Shown piece after piece: positions 63,308 through 64,000 of a stretch of 64,000 nucleotides of DNA (position 1 is its first letter; the number at the start of each line of letters is the position of its first letter). The translations under genes and the position numbers were made by a program. Below the pieces are notes generated by a model, which saw nothing but the letters and a program-made list of their open reading frames with translations, searched no databases and was not told the DNA's origin. Origin of the DNA: Trichosphaerium sp. ATCC 40318 (lineage: Eukaryota; Protista; Tubulinea); NCBI GenBank assembly GCA_038496445.1, contig JALMLS010000474.1, positions 62,001 to 126,000 on the forward strand, read 5' to 3'.

Positions 63308-64000
63308 TTATAGAGCATTTTTGCGCTTTGCTTTGATGACCTTGATACGTTCAATTGGATTGAATTCAAGCTCTTCTAATACATCTGAGGTGATGTCTCC
63401 AGGTTTGATACCTGATTCATTCATTAACGATCCAAGCTCTTGTGCTCTTGCACTTGAAATACCCAACCTCGACAATGTTGACTTCCAATCATATTTGGGA
63501 GTAGCGATTGATTGATTCTCTTGAGGTGGACAGAACTCCGACTAAACGAACAAAATTAAATGTGAAGAAAATAAAATTAAAACGAGACACCTTTGTGTGA
63601 GCAACTGAAACATGAGGCTTGTCATTCCATGATTGTTCAGATACAATTGAGGTGTCTACATCAAGTGGCAAGCGAGGATTGTCAACCTAAAATACCATGT
63701 GAGATAGGTATCGCTTATTTTCTGATACTTACATTGTTGATGTATTCATCTCGATTTTGGTGTATTTTAAAGGCTTCAAGGGCATCTTGAATGATATCAA
63801 GGTGTTCAGGATCATCTCCAAACTTGGTGTAATCACGATTGGGCTCAACCACAGCTTTTGACAAGTACTTATCTTTTCGGTCTTCTTTTAACTCTGCATT
63901 CATTGCTTTCACAGCATCATTGTTTTTATCTTTTGCGATTACTTTATTGGCTGGTTTAAAGTGCTTGTAGATTGTGAGATAAAAAGAAAGACAAATAAGA
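63308..64000 (-). CDS. 3' part of KFG-motif + SAM-like family gene (copy E); 5' end outside the window
   Basis: DKYLSKAVVEPNRDYTKFGDDPEHLDIIQDALEAFK; QSWN in the middle exon; terminal YDWKSTLSRLGISSARAQELGSLMNESGI..LEELEFNPIERIKVIKAKRKNAL*. Confidence 0.8.

Noticed and set aside
1-64000. tRNA, rRNA or snRNA genes
   Set aside because: No convincing cloverleaf or conserved RNA motifs found by eye. tRNAscan-SE/Infernal would be needed to exclude them.

Overview
AT-rich (~35% GC by eye), intron-dense eukaryotic DNA, most likely from a free-living protist/amoeba. Introns are short (about 35-150 nt, GT-AG, often with a CTAAC/CTGAC branch point), and the standard genetic code fits. Conventional multi-exon genes include a BROX-like BRO1/CAAX protein, an LPMO with a C-terminal CBM-like domain, a claudin-like protein, a RasGEF, a beta-helix surface protein, a Reeler/TDAP-repeat/SdrD-B protein, two tandem PA-like + 7TM receptors and a CBM22-like + G8/PbH1 protein. 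These are interleaved with a fast-evolving set of repeat-protein genes: six members of an RCC1-propeller / KFG-motif / SAM-like family, F-box-LRR genes, F-box-MORN genes, an RCC1-MORN chimera, and several truncated copies next to non-autonomous TIR elements. The main signal is that near-identical paralogs differ almost only at ligand-facing codons (the x positions of RCC1 GxNxxG and GxxHS; the x positions of the LRR beta-strand), and propeller exons appear to assort independently of the SAM-like tails across a conserved phase-0 intron. This looks like a candidate diversifying, modular immune-receptor-like system. All calls were made by eye, exon boundaries are approximate and no database searches were run.
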